This document shows positions 1 to 7,931 of a DNA stretch of 64,000 bases, piece by piece. The translations under genes and the position numbers were made by a program. The first letter of the stretch is position 1, and the number at the start of each line of letters is the position of its first letter. Origin of the DNA: Candidatus Woesearchaeota archaeon (GTDB lineage: Archaea; Nanobdellota; Nanobdellia; Woesearchaeales; ARS49); contig JACRKG010000011.1 in assembly GCA_016215315.1 (NCBI GenBank), forward strand, positions 537 to 64,536. Direction: 5' to 3'. The notes under the pieces are model-generated. The model was given only the letters and a program-made list of their open reading frames with translations, searched no databases and had not been told where the DNA came from.

Positions 1-1
1 A

Positions 2-1015
2 TGGCATGCTAGAGGTATTGCAGACGATAAAGGACCAGTATTTGCGTTCATCAAAGCAGTAGAAACGTTGCAAAACACTAGCGGATTGAAATTAAACACG
101 AAATTTTTAATAGAAGGCGAAGAAGAAGGCAAAAGCAATTTAGGTGACTGCATCAAAGAAAATGCATCAAGATTAAAGTGTGATTGCGTGTTAGTCTGTG
201 ATACTGAATGGTTAAATGAAGAAACAATAGCAATACCTTGTGGCTTAAGAGGAATAGTTTATGCATACATTCGTGTTAATGGTCCAAATGTTGATTTACA
301 TTCTGGAACTTTTGGCGGGATGGTAAAAAATCCCCATTTAGAACTAGCAAGAATATTAGTAAACTTAAAAAATGAAAAAGAAAAAATCTTGATTCCTGGC
401 TTTTATGATAGCGTTAAAAAAATAAGTGCAAAAGAAAAAAAACTTCTAGAACTTGTTCCACTAAATATTCAACATTTAGAAAAAGAAGTTGGAACAAAAT
501 TAACAAGTCAGGATAAAGTTGAATTATTAATTAAAAGAAGTGTTTTGCCTACTTTTGAGATTCACGGAATAACCGGAGGATATTTAGGACCTGGAGGAAA
601 GACCATCATTCCTGCTTATGCAGAAGCAAAAGTAAGCATGAGACTGGTTCCCGATCAGAACCCCGAAAAGATTCGTGATTTATTTGTGAGTTATATTAAA
701 GAACTAAATCCAGAAGCAATAGTTGTGGTAGATGGATTGGCAGAACCATTTTTAGTAGATATAAACAACCCTTACATAGAAAAAGCAGCAAAAATACTAG
801 AACAAACTTTTGGAAAAAAAACAGTATTCTTAAGAGAAGGAGCAAGCATCCCTGCAGTAGTTGATTTAAACAAAGAACTAAAAGTTCCAGTAGTGTTATT
901 CGGAATAAACAATCACGACTGTGATATTCATTCACCAAGAGAAAACCTTAATGAACTAAACTTTTACAAAGGAATAGAAGCACTAGCCAAATACTTAGAA
1001 GAATTAGGCAAATGA
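2..1015 (+). CDS. M20 family metallopeptidase (ArgE/DapE/CPG2-like), 5' end truncated by window edge
   Basis: Open frame from base 2 without ATG. ARGIADDKGP motif typical of M20 peptidases, and GEEEG metal-binding region. ORF track 68..1015 is the ATG-limited part. Confidence 0.75.
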   Translation, partial: WHARGIADDKGPVFAFIKAVETLQNTSGLKLNTKFLIEGEEEGKSNLGDCIKENASRLKCDCVLVCDTEWLNEETIAIPCGLRGIVYAYIRVNGPNVDLHSGTFGGMVKNPHLELARILVNLKNEKEKILIPGFYDSVKKISAKEKKLLELVPLNIQHLEKEVGTKLTSQDKVELLIKRSVLPTFEIHGITGGYLGPGGKTIIPAYAEAKVSMRLVPDQNPEKIRDLFVSYIKELNPEAIVVVDGLAEPFLVDINNPYIEKAAKILEQTFGKKTVFLREGASIPAVVDLNKELKVPVVLFGINNHDCDIHSPRENLNELNFYKGIEALAKYLEELGK

Positions 1016-1668
1016 AAGATTTAACCATAATCATTCCAACACTTAACGAAGAAAAAAACATACCCCGCGTTTTGCAGGCGTGCAAAACATACACAAAAAA
1101 CATTCTTGTTGTTGATGATGACAGCACAGATAAAACAAGACAATTGGCTGAAAAAGCTGGCGCAAAAGTAATTCACAGAACAAAAAATAAAGGTTTAACC
1201 GCCAGTGTTTTGGACGGAGTCCAAAACACAAAAACAAAATATTTCATTGTGATGGATGGCGACGGACAACATGATATTACTAAGATTTCAAAAATACGAG
1301 AACTTCTTGAAAGCCACGATTTAGTTGTGGGTGTGCGGGAGTCTGTTCCGGGCTGGCCTTGGCATAGAAAATTAATGTCCAAAATAGCAGAAAATTTAGG
1401 AAAAATAAGACTAAAACTCACAGGAACTAACTGTGGCGATATCTTATCCGGTTTTTTCGGAGCTAGAACAGAGTATGTTCAAAAGTATTTAGAAAAATAT
1501 CCGCGTTGTTTTGTTTTAGAAGGATATAAAGTTTTATTTGATATTCTTAAAAATTCTAAAAACCTCAAGATAGAAGAAGTAAACTATGTATTTTTAGAAA
1601 GAAAAGAAGGAAAGTCAAAAATAGGAAAAAAACAAGTGATTGCTTTCCTAAAATCAGCAATTCTTTAG
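1012..1668 (+). CDS. family 2 glycosyltransferase (dolichyl-phosphate sugar transferase-like)
   Basis: IIIPTLNEE...VVDDDSTDKT...VMDGDGQHD motifs (GT-A fold, DxD). Start overlaps upstream stop (ATGA). Confidence 0.8.
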   Translation: MKDLTIIIPTLNEEKNIPRVLQACKTYTKNILVVDDDSTDKTRQLAEKAGAKVIHRTKNKGLTASVLDGVQNTKTKYFIVMDGDGQHDITKISKIRELLESHDLVVGVRESVPGWPWHRKLMSKIAENLGKIRLKLTGTNCGDILSGFFGARTEYVQKYLEKYPRCFVLEGYKVLFDILKNSKNLKIEEVNYVFLERKEGKSKIGKKQVIAFLKSAIL

Positions 1669-1752
1669 TGATTCAAAAAAATTTAACAAATATTTGCATG
1701 TTAAAAAATAGTTTAAGAAAAGTTTATAAATAAAAAACACGTAGTGTTTTTA

Positions 1753-2247
1753 ATGCGAGTTTTTATTCAAAAAAAAGGTGTGTCTCCGTTAATTGCTACT
1801 TTTCTATTAGTTTTATTATCTGTAGTTCTTGGTGCTGTTGTTATGACTTTTGGTGAAGCATACATTGGAGAAAATGCAGGCTTTGCTAAAGGAGAACCAG
1901 AAGTTGGTTTAGGCTGCGAAACAATCAAGTTTGATATTACAACAATCAGAGGAGTACCTCATGTTTGCATTAAAGAAAGAACTTTAGACATTAGTCTAGA
2001 CAATAGTCCTAATACTATTATTGATGATTTCCATGCAAGAATTCATGGAAGCGAAGGAGTTAGCAATGTGCAAAATCTTCTCGACAAACCTTTAGAAAGA
2101 AACGCAGGAGTTAGATTAAGAATTCCTTATGAGTACGTTGGTAAACCATTAAAAGTAGTAATTACACCAATCAAAAAGACTGGCGGAGCTCTAGCTTATT
2201 GTACTGAAAAAAGTATTCAAATAGAAAACTTACCCGATTGCGAGTAA
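1753..2247 (+). CDS. archaeal type IV pilin-like protein (class III signal peptide)
   Basis: N-terminus MRVFIQKKG|VSPLIATFLLVLLSVVLGAVV: basic stretch, KG cleavage site, then hydrophobic helix. ATG at 1753 preferred over the GTG at 1744. Confidence 0.55.
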   Translation: MRVFIQKKGVSPLIATFLLVLLSVVLGAVVMTFGEAYIGENAGFAKGEPEVGLGCETIKFDITTIRGVPHVCIKERTLDISLDNSPNTIIDDFHARIHGSEGVSNVQNLLDKPLERNAGVRLRIPYEYVGKPLKVVITPIKKTGGALAYCTEKSIQIENLPDCE

Positions 2248-2306
2248 AAAGAAAGTATTCCTAATTTTTCGTTAGGTTTAAATATTTTCAAGAGTTAATT
2301 GTTTTT

Positions 2307-3047
2307 ATGAGAAAAAGTCTTTACATAAAATCTGCACCTTATTATGATATAGTTGTGGATTCTAAAGTTATAGCTAAAAGTGCAAAATTCATATCGAAGT
2401 TGCTTTCCAGATTTAATGTTAAATCTGTTCTCGAATTAGGTTGTGGAACTGGTTTATACTTTATTCCACTAAAGAAAGATAAATTTGATATTGAAGGATT
2501 AGATCTAAGCCAAAGTATGCTTAAAGAAGCTAGAAAGAAGAGCAAAACTATAAAATTGTATAAAAAAGACATGTCAACTTTCAAAATCAATAAGAAATAC
2601 GATGCAATAATTTGTTTAAATTCTTCATTACTTGCTCTTCCAAACTTTCAGCTTATTAAGAAGACTATCAAAAACATAAGTAAACACCTAAAAGAAGAGG
2701 GCATAATGATTTTATGTCTCCCAAATCATTCCAAAGAAATAAAGGAATCAAACAATGAAAGATCAGAAGAAACACACAAAATCACAGGAGGTATTCTAAA
2801 ATCAATCTGTTTCTCTCATAAAAAAGGAAACAAATGGATTGAAGAATGGCACGGAACTGTTAAAAAAGGAAACAAATCATACAAGTTCAAAGACGTGTTT
2901 GAAGAATTTATATTTTCTCCAAAAGAACTAGAAACTTTCCTTAAAATAACTGGTTTCGAAATACTAAAAATCTACGGTTCAAGAACAGGCGGAAATTTCA
3001 ATAACAAAAATTCATATCGTAGAGTTTACTTATGTAAAAAACAATAA
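2307..3047 (+). CDS. class I SAM-dependent methyltransferase
   Basis: VLELGCGTGLYFIPL glycine-rich SAM-binding motif I followed by acidic-residue motif II. Confidence 0.75.
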   Translation: MRKSLYIKSAPYYDIVVDSKVIAKSAKFISKLLSRFNVKSVLELGCGTGLYFIPLKKDKFDIEGLDLSQSMLKEARKKSKTIKLYKKDMSTFKINKKYDAIICLNSSLLALPNFQLIKKTIKNISKHLKEEGIMILCLPNHSKEIKESNNERSEETHKITGGILKSICFSHKKGNKWIEEWHGTVKKGNKSYKFKDVFEEFIFSPKELETFLKITGFEILKIYGSRTGGNFNNKNSYRRVYLCKKQ

Positions 3048-3087
3048 CTCACAAATTATTTATGTAGTTTAAAATTAAGGAGTTATT

Positions 3088-3324
3088 ATGCACGATTTAA
3101 ACTCGATAGGCATACCGATAAATCCAAACAAACACCCTGCTAAAAAATCACTATTTAGTGAGTTTTTTGAAGGATTGTCATTAATTTTTATTGGCACTGG
3201 AGATATAATCGGAATTATATTTTCTTTAATTCACGCAGTTATTTTTATTCTTTACTGGACATTATTTCTAATAGAAAGATTTATTTTAAGATTAAACATA
3301 GACAAACCAAAGGTTAAAAAATAA
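3088..3324 (+). CDS. hypothetical small membrane protein
   Basis: 78-aa ORF with one hydrophobic segment. No recognisable motif. Confidence 0.25.
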   Translation: MHDLNSIGIPINPNKHPAKKSLFSEFFEGLSLIFIGTGDIIGIIFSLIHAVIFILYWTLFLIERFILRLNIDKPKVKK

Positions 3325-3334
3325 TATTTTATAC

Positions 3335-3363
3335 AACTTTAAATAATCAACCAAATAAATCTA
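3335..3363. repeat. left 29-bp direct repeat flanking the TA cassette (AACTTTAAATAATCAACCAAATAAATC)
   Basis: Near-identical copy at 4035..4063 (2 mismatches), exactly 700 bp away. Confidence 0.7.
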
Positions 3364-3380
3364 TTTTTAAAAACTACTTT

Positions 3381-3716
3381 TTACTCTATCTCTATCAACA
3401 ATTTGTTATCTCCCACTTTTGATATTAAAACTTCTTCAGTTCCTTTAAGTTTAAGTTCTCGTTCTATGTCCGAAGGTATTCTTAATACTGTTCCTCTGGC
3501 GCTCTTACTTAACTTCCGATGTAATTTTAGTTGTGTTCCCCAAACACCTAGTTTTCTTGCTTGTTGAATCATTCTGTTACCTTCTTCTTCTCCAATAAAT
3601 TCTTCACTGCAAAGACCACACCTTTTTCCTTTAGCTATAAATACCACTCCATCCAAACTATTAATGACATCGTTTACTTCCATTAGTTCTCCTTTTTCAC
3701 ATTTTGGACACTTCAT
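3381..3716 (-). CDS. putative antitoxin: YgiT/MqsA-type zinc ribbon fused to SpoVT/AbrB swapped-hairpin domain
   Basis: MKCPKCEKGELME...CGLCSEEF Cys4 ribbon resembling the MqsA N-terminus. C-terminus GTVLRIPSDIERELKLKGTEEVLISKVGDNKLLIEIE is AbrB/MazE-like. Start taken at the internal ATG overlapping the toxin stop (ATGA). Confidence 0.6.
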   Translation of the reverse strand: MKCPKCEKGELMEVNDVINSLDGVVFIAKGKRCGLCSEEFIGEEEGNRMIQQARKLGVWGTQLKLHRKLSKSARGTVLRIPSDIERELKLKGTEEVLISKVGDNKLLIEIE

Positions 3717-3976
3717 TTTCTTTTTCCTCCTTCCGAACCAGTTATGCAAAACAATATATCGTCCATGAAATAATACACAGAGACTACTTTTTTGAAACCT
3801 TGTTTTTGAACATAAATTTCATATTTGTTTTTTCCGACTTTTTCTATTTTATATGCATCTCTTACTGCTTCGCGTAATTCATGAAAGTCCCAATTCCACT
3901 TATTCATATATTTAAGTGCAAAGTGTTTGCTCACATCAATCTTAACTTGATAAATGTTCCAAGGAACTTTCACCAT
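3713..3976 (-). CDS. putative toxin, DUF4258-like (toxin-first arrangement as in mqsRA)
   Basis: 87 aa. KHFALKYMNKWNWDFHELREAV resembles the H-A-x-x-R-M-x-x-R core of DUF4258. C-terminal beta-rich end VVSVYYFMDDILFCITG resembles the MqsR/DUF4258 C-terminus. 4-nt overlap with the antitoxin. Confidence 0.5.
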   Translation of the reverse strand: MVKVPWNIYQVKIDVSKHFALKYMNKWNWDFHELREAVRDAYKIEKVGKNKYEIYVQKQGFKKVVSVYYFMDDILFCITGSEGGKRK

Positions 3977-4034
3977 ATTTTCACTATCTTTTCATCATAT
4001 TTAAATCTTTCGCAAAAAAGTAAAAATTCTGTAA

Positions 4035-4063
4035 AACTTTAAATAATCAACCGAATAAATCCT
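4035..4063. repeat. right 29-bp direct repeat flanking the TA cassette (AACTTTAAATAATCAACCGAATAAATC)
   Basis: Matches 3335..3363. Confidence 0.7.
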
Positions 4064-4068
4064 TTTTT

Positions 4069-4845
4069 ATGTTACTCGAATTCGACCTTAATAAGAACGT
4101 TGCTCAGAATGCTGAAGATTATTATGCTAGAAGTAAAAAGGTGAAGAAAAAAATTGAAGGTGTCGAAAATGCTATTGCTAAGTTTAAAAAAGAGTTAGAA
4201 CAAGAGATTAAGAAAGAAGTCAAGAAAGAAGCGCACAAAGAAGTTCAGAAAATCGAGTTAGTTAAGAAATGGTATCACAAATTTAGGTGGTTTTTTAGCA
4301 GTGAAGGATTTCTTTGCATTGGCGGAAGAGATGCAACAACAAATGATATTGTTATCAAAAAACATACTGATCCAACTGACATAGTTTTTCATACAGAATC
4401 ACCAGGAAGTCCTTTTTTTGTTATAAAAAGTGAAGGAAAAAAAATAGGTGAAGCAACAATTCAAGAAACGGCTATTGCTACTGGAAGTTTTTCTAGAGCC
4501 TGGAAACAAGGAGTTACTAATACAGAAGTTTTTCATGTTAATCCTGACCAAGTAAGCAAGGAAGCTAATACTGGAGAATTTTTAACTAAGGGAGCTTTTA
4601 TGATATATGGAAAAAAAAACAATATTCAAGTCAAGCTAGAATTAGCCATAGGACTAAAAGATAATGAATTAATGTGCGGTCCCATTGAAGCAGTAAAGAA
4701 ATATTGCACTACTTACTTAATAGTAAATCAAGGCAGTCAGAAACCCAGCGATGCTGCCAAAAAGATAAAACAATCCATAAATGCAGAGTTAGACGATATA
4801 ATCCGAGTTCTTCCAGCAGGAGACATGCACGTAGAAAAAAACTGA
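4069..4845 (+). CDS. NFACT-R (DUF814) RNA-binding protein, Rqc2/FbpA C-terminal homologue
   Basis: N-terminal K/E-rich coiled coil, then FLCIGGRDATTNDIVIKKHTDPTDIVFHTESPGSPFFVIK typical of the DUF814/NFACT-R domain. Confidence 0.6.
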   Translation: MLLEFDLNKNVAQNAEDYYARSKKVKKKIEGVENAIAKFKKELEQEIKKEVKKEAHKEVQKIELVKKWYHKFRWFFSSEGFLCIGGRDATTNDIVIKKHTDPTDIVFHTESPGSPFFVIKSEGKKIGEATIQETAIATGSFSRAWKQGVTNTEVFHVNPDQVSKEANTGEFLTKGAFMIYGKKNNIQVKLELAIGLKDNELMCGPIEAVKKYCTTYLIVNQGSQKPSDAAKKIKQSINAELDDIIRVLPAGDMHVEKN

Positions 4846-4978
4846 TACCTCTAGACACAAGAAATGTGTGGTATCCATGTTGTCTTCTGGCATCAAACAT
4901 TACGGTCGTCATAGAGTTTTGCGCGAGCAAAACTCTAGAATCGCAATTTTTATAAAAAAAGGCCACTTTCGGCCATTT

Positions 4979-5446
4979 ATGAAGCAAATTTTGGAAGTTA
5001 CCAGAATAAAGCAAGAAAAAGAGGAATACAGCGGCATTGCTGCACTGTGCATGGTTTTGAATTTTTATGGAACAAAAACAGATCAAGAGGATTTAGCGTC
5101 TAATTTCTTACTTAACGGAGCTTATGATAAAGAGTTATTAAAAAGTGCTACAAGTCAAGGATTTTTTGCTTATTCGCACAAAAATGCTTCACTAGATACA
5201 ATCGTTAGTTTATTAAAACAAGGAATTCCTGCAATCGCAAAAACAAAAGGCAGTTCAAAAAAACCATTGTATTGCGTAATAACTGGTTATGATTTAGATA
5301 CAAAAGAAGTTTACTTTAACGATCCTTCAGATTTAAGAAGAACAAAACTCAATTTTGAAAATTTCCAAAAAACTTGGACTTTAGAAGACAACAAAAGAGG
5401 ATACAAGAATTTCTTAGTTAGCGTTAAACCAAAGAAGAAGAAATAA
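4979..5446 (+). CDS. C39-like papain-fold peptidase domain protein
   Basis: EYSGIAALCMVLNFYG matches the Cys motif of C39/BtrH-like peptidases. Start placed at the internal Met (MKQILE); the upstream 37 codons of the ORF-track call look non-coding. Confidence 0.45.
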   Translation: MKQILEVTRIKQEKEEYSGIAALCMVLNFYGTKTDQEDLASNFLLNGAYDKELLKSATSQGFFAYSHKNASLDTIVSLLKQGIPAIAKTKGSSKKPLYCVITGYDLDTKEVYFNDPSDLRRTKLNFENFQKTWTLEDNKRGYKNFLVSVKPKKKK

Positions 5447-5448
5447 TT

Positions 5449-7758
5449 TTATTCTCCGTACTTCATAACTTTGTTAGTATTAACAACTAAAGGAACTGAA
5501 TAAACTAATCCATTTTTGTTAATGAATTCCAAATTATATCTTTCCATTGATTTAGGAAACAAACCTACTTTTGAAGGTCTTAAAGGTCTTTGTGCTGGAC
5601 CGTCAAAACTTATATCAAAATCATTTAGCAGTATTGCTTCTGGATTTTTTAAGTATTCTTTTACACCATGACCGGGTGGAACATAAATATCACCTAATAG
5701 TCCTGCAGTATTTAATTTATATTTTAGATTGCTTAATATAATTGAGCTGCCGCTTATTGATGCGCTAATCCTTACGTCGCCTTCTTGGTATTGATTATTA
5801 TTTGCATTTAATGCTCCTTTTGTAAAATCATTATCAGTTACATCATCATCTAAAAATGTGAATTTATTTGCTCCTAAAAAGAATTCTACTGAATTAAAAT
5901 TTGGACCAATGATGATATTTGATACTGCAACAAGTTCTCCTGAAGGAAGAGGTTCTACATCGCCGACTTTCATTTTTGGCAAGAGATAGCCATTAATTTC
6001 TAGTAAAACATCTTTGTTAGCTGAACTAATAACTTTAACTTCAACATCAAAAGTATTGCCGCCCAGTGCATATGTTTGTTTATCTCCTTCGTTTAATATG
6101 TCTCCAAGTAATCCTCCAACTAAAGTTAGCTTTAATGAATTTCCACTTATTGAAGCACTCAAAACTTTATAGCTCGACCAACCAATCCTTATCTCTTTAC
6201 CAATCCAGTCAGGAACGTTGTTGTTTACTACATTTCCATTAATTCCACCAACAAGATCTATTTGGTAAGTGAATATTTCTTCACCTTTTTTATAAAACAA
6301 GAAGTTTCCAACATTATCAAGTTGATCTTTTCCAAATATTATTTGTCCAGAAGTTTTTGGTAAATCCACATATTGTTCATATTGTGTAACTCCAGATTGC
6401 GTTGAAATAGTTCCCGCACCTAATCTAGGCAAGTCATACTGAGTAAACACAGGCCTTACATCCCCCAAATATTCATTAAGTTCTAAATTATTATTGGGTT
6501 CTTCAACTTTTACCGTGTCACCACTTAATTCTAAGAACGTTTCATAAAATAATTGATTAATTGGCACTTCCATTGTTAATTCTCCATTTCCAATTCTATT
6601 CATTGGTTTGAATAATTCCAGGAAATCACCATAAACATTTCTTTGTTGTGAAATTTCAGGAGTGGATGGTAAAGCTATCAAGCCCGGAATTATTTTTCCA
6701 AGATTTAAAACAGTGCCTGATTTCTCCACAGTTATTTTGGTTACTTCATTTGTATTCAAGCTTTCTATTTTTTTCTTAGGCGTTTCTATTGTCACATCAA
6801 AAGATTTTGAATTTTTTAAATCATTTGTATCGCCTAAATCAATTTCTTGTCCGGCATCAGTCATTAATCTTAATTCTGTTCCATCAATTTTACTATCACC
6901 GTTCATATCAATAGAGAGCAATCCCGTTGGATCGACAAAAACATCATGAGATACTCCGCCAGTTATTAATGATGCTTCGCCCATTATTCCTTGCTGTGAA
7001 GAAGGATGATAAACAATTTGTTTTGTTCCACTAGCCAAATCTGTAAATGTCAAAACAGTATTAACAGCAGCAATATCTTCATATTTCAAAATGTTTGTTT
7101 CGTATCCATTAACAACAAAGTAATCTTTTTCAGTTATTTTAAAATCAAGCTTATCTTGTGGTTCAAAATAATAAAGCATTTTGTAGCCTAAAGATCCTCT
7201 TGGTTGAGTTACTGGAGTAGGTAAAACTTGTGTTGGAGGATTAGGAATTTGAACGAGTGGAGTTGTTTTTAGATTAAATGTCAAAACCTCTGCTGCGCAA
7301 TCAAAAGGATAAAATGTCAAGTTAGGTTTTTGCCAGTTAACATTGCAAGTGTAAAATAATAAATGATAATCTTGCGGTTGCAAACCCGCAGTACTTATCA
7401 TATCACTGACCGCTGCGCCATTAAACCAGCCAGTATTTCCTAAAGGAATTCCTTTTTTGAAATCCCAAGAATTAATTGAAGTCAAAGGATTATCAGGATA
7501 CAAAGCAAAAGTACCCCAAATAAAATCTGCCTTAGCAGCAAGAGAAATTCTTTCACCAACAAAAGGATCCCTATTAACCAAGGCTCCAGAGTTATCAAAG
7601 ACTCCTAAAGCAATGTTTTTTGCATCAATAAACCCGAAAGGATCATTTGGAGGACCATAATACTTATCTAAGCCATGAAACTTAATCCAATCATCACTAG
7701 TCATGGCAAAAACACTAGGAACTAAAAGGAGCACTAACAAAATCACCAATTTTTTCAT
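5449..7758 (-). CDS. large secreted/surface protein (769 aa)
   Basis: Cleavable signal peptide MKKLVILLVLLLVPSVFA. Gly/Asn/Thr-rich beta-type composition. No catalytic motifs seen. Confidence 0.6.
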   Translation of the reverse strand: MKKLVILLVLLLVPSVFAMTSDDWIKFHGLDKYYGPPNDPFGFIDAKNIALGVFDNSGALVNRDPFVGERISLAAKADFIWGTFALYPDNPLTSINSWDFKKGIPLGNTGWFNGAAVSDMISTAGLQPQDYHLLFYTCNVNWQKPNLTFYPFDCAAEVLTFNLKTTPLVQIPNPPTQVLPTPVTQPRGSLGYKMLYYFEPQDKLDFKITEKDYFVVNGYETNILKYEDIAAVNTVLTFTDLASGTKQIVYHPSSQQGIMGEASLITGGVSHDVFVDPTGLLSIDMNGDSKIDGTELRLMTDAGQEIDLGDTNDLKNSKSFDVTIETPKKKIESLNTNEVTKITVEKSGTVLNLGKIIPGLIALPSTPEISQQRNVYGDFLELFKPMNRIGNGELTMEVPINQLFYETFLELSGDTVKVEEPNNNLELNEYLGDVRPVFTQYDLPRLGAGTISTQSGVTQYEQYVDLPKTSGQIIFGKDQLDNVGNFLFYKKGEEIFTYQIDLVGGINGNVVNNNVPDWIGKEIRIGWSSYKVLSASISGNSLKLTLVGGLLGDILNEGDKQTYALGGNTFDVEVKVISSANKDVLLEINGYLLPKMKVGDVEPLPSGELVAVSNIIIGPNFNSVEFFLGANKFTFLDDDVTDNDFTKGALNANNNQYQEGDVRISASISGSSIILSNLKYKLNTAGLLGDIYVPPGHGVKEYLKNPEAILLNDFDISFDGPAQRPLRPSKVGLFPKSMERYNLEFINKNGLVYSVPLVVNTNKVMKYGE

Positions 7759-7852
7759 AAAAATACTGCGTATTTTTTAATTTATAAATTTTTGCTTTCG
7801 CAAAAATTCGAACAAGAAAAACTCAAGATTTTTAAAGTCCAAACCACAATTT

Positions 7853-7931
7853 AGCTTATAGTTAATGGTTTGCAGCGATAAACTCATCTGCCATCCGACA
7901 CCTAGTAAAATTTACGGTACCGACCGATGCC
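7853..7931. repeat. intergenic repeat-family copy plus conserved 47-nt leader motif (CCATCCGACACCTAGTAAAATTTACGGTACCGACCGATGCC)
   Basis: AGCTTATAGTTAATGGTTTGCAG resembles the GTTTATAGTT..CAG family. The downstream motif is about 85% identical to 49097..49150. Confidence 0.5.

Noticed and set aside
696-1421. Minus-strand ORFs 696..938, 1043..1237, 1173..1421
   Set aside because: Antisense to the M20 peptidase and GT2 genes. Leu/Phe-rich low-complexity products typical of AT-rich antisense frames.
4704-5086. ORFs 4704..4955(+) and 4709..5086(-)
   Set aside because: Overlap the end of the NFACT-R gene and the start region of the C39-like gene in other frames. No motifs.
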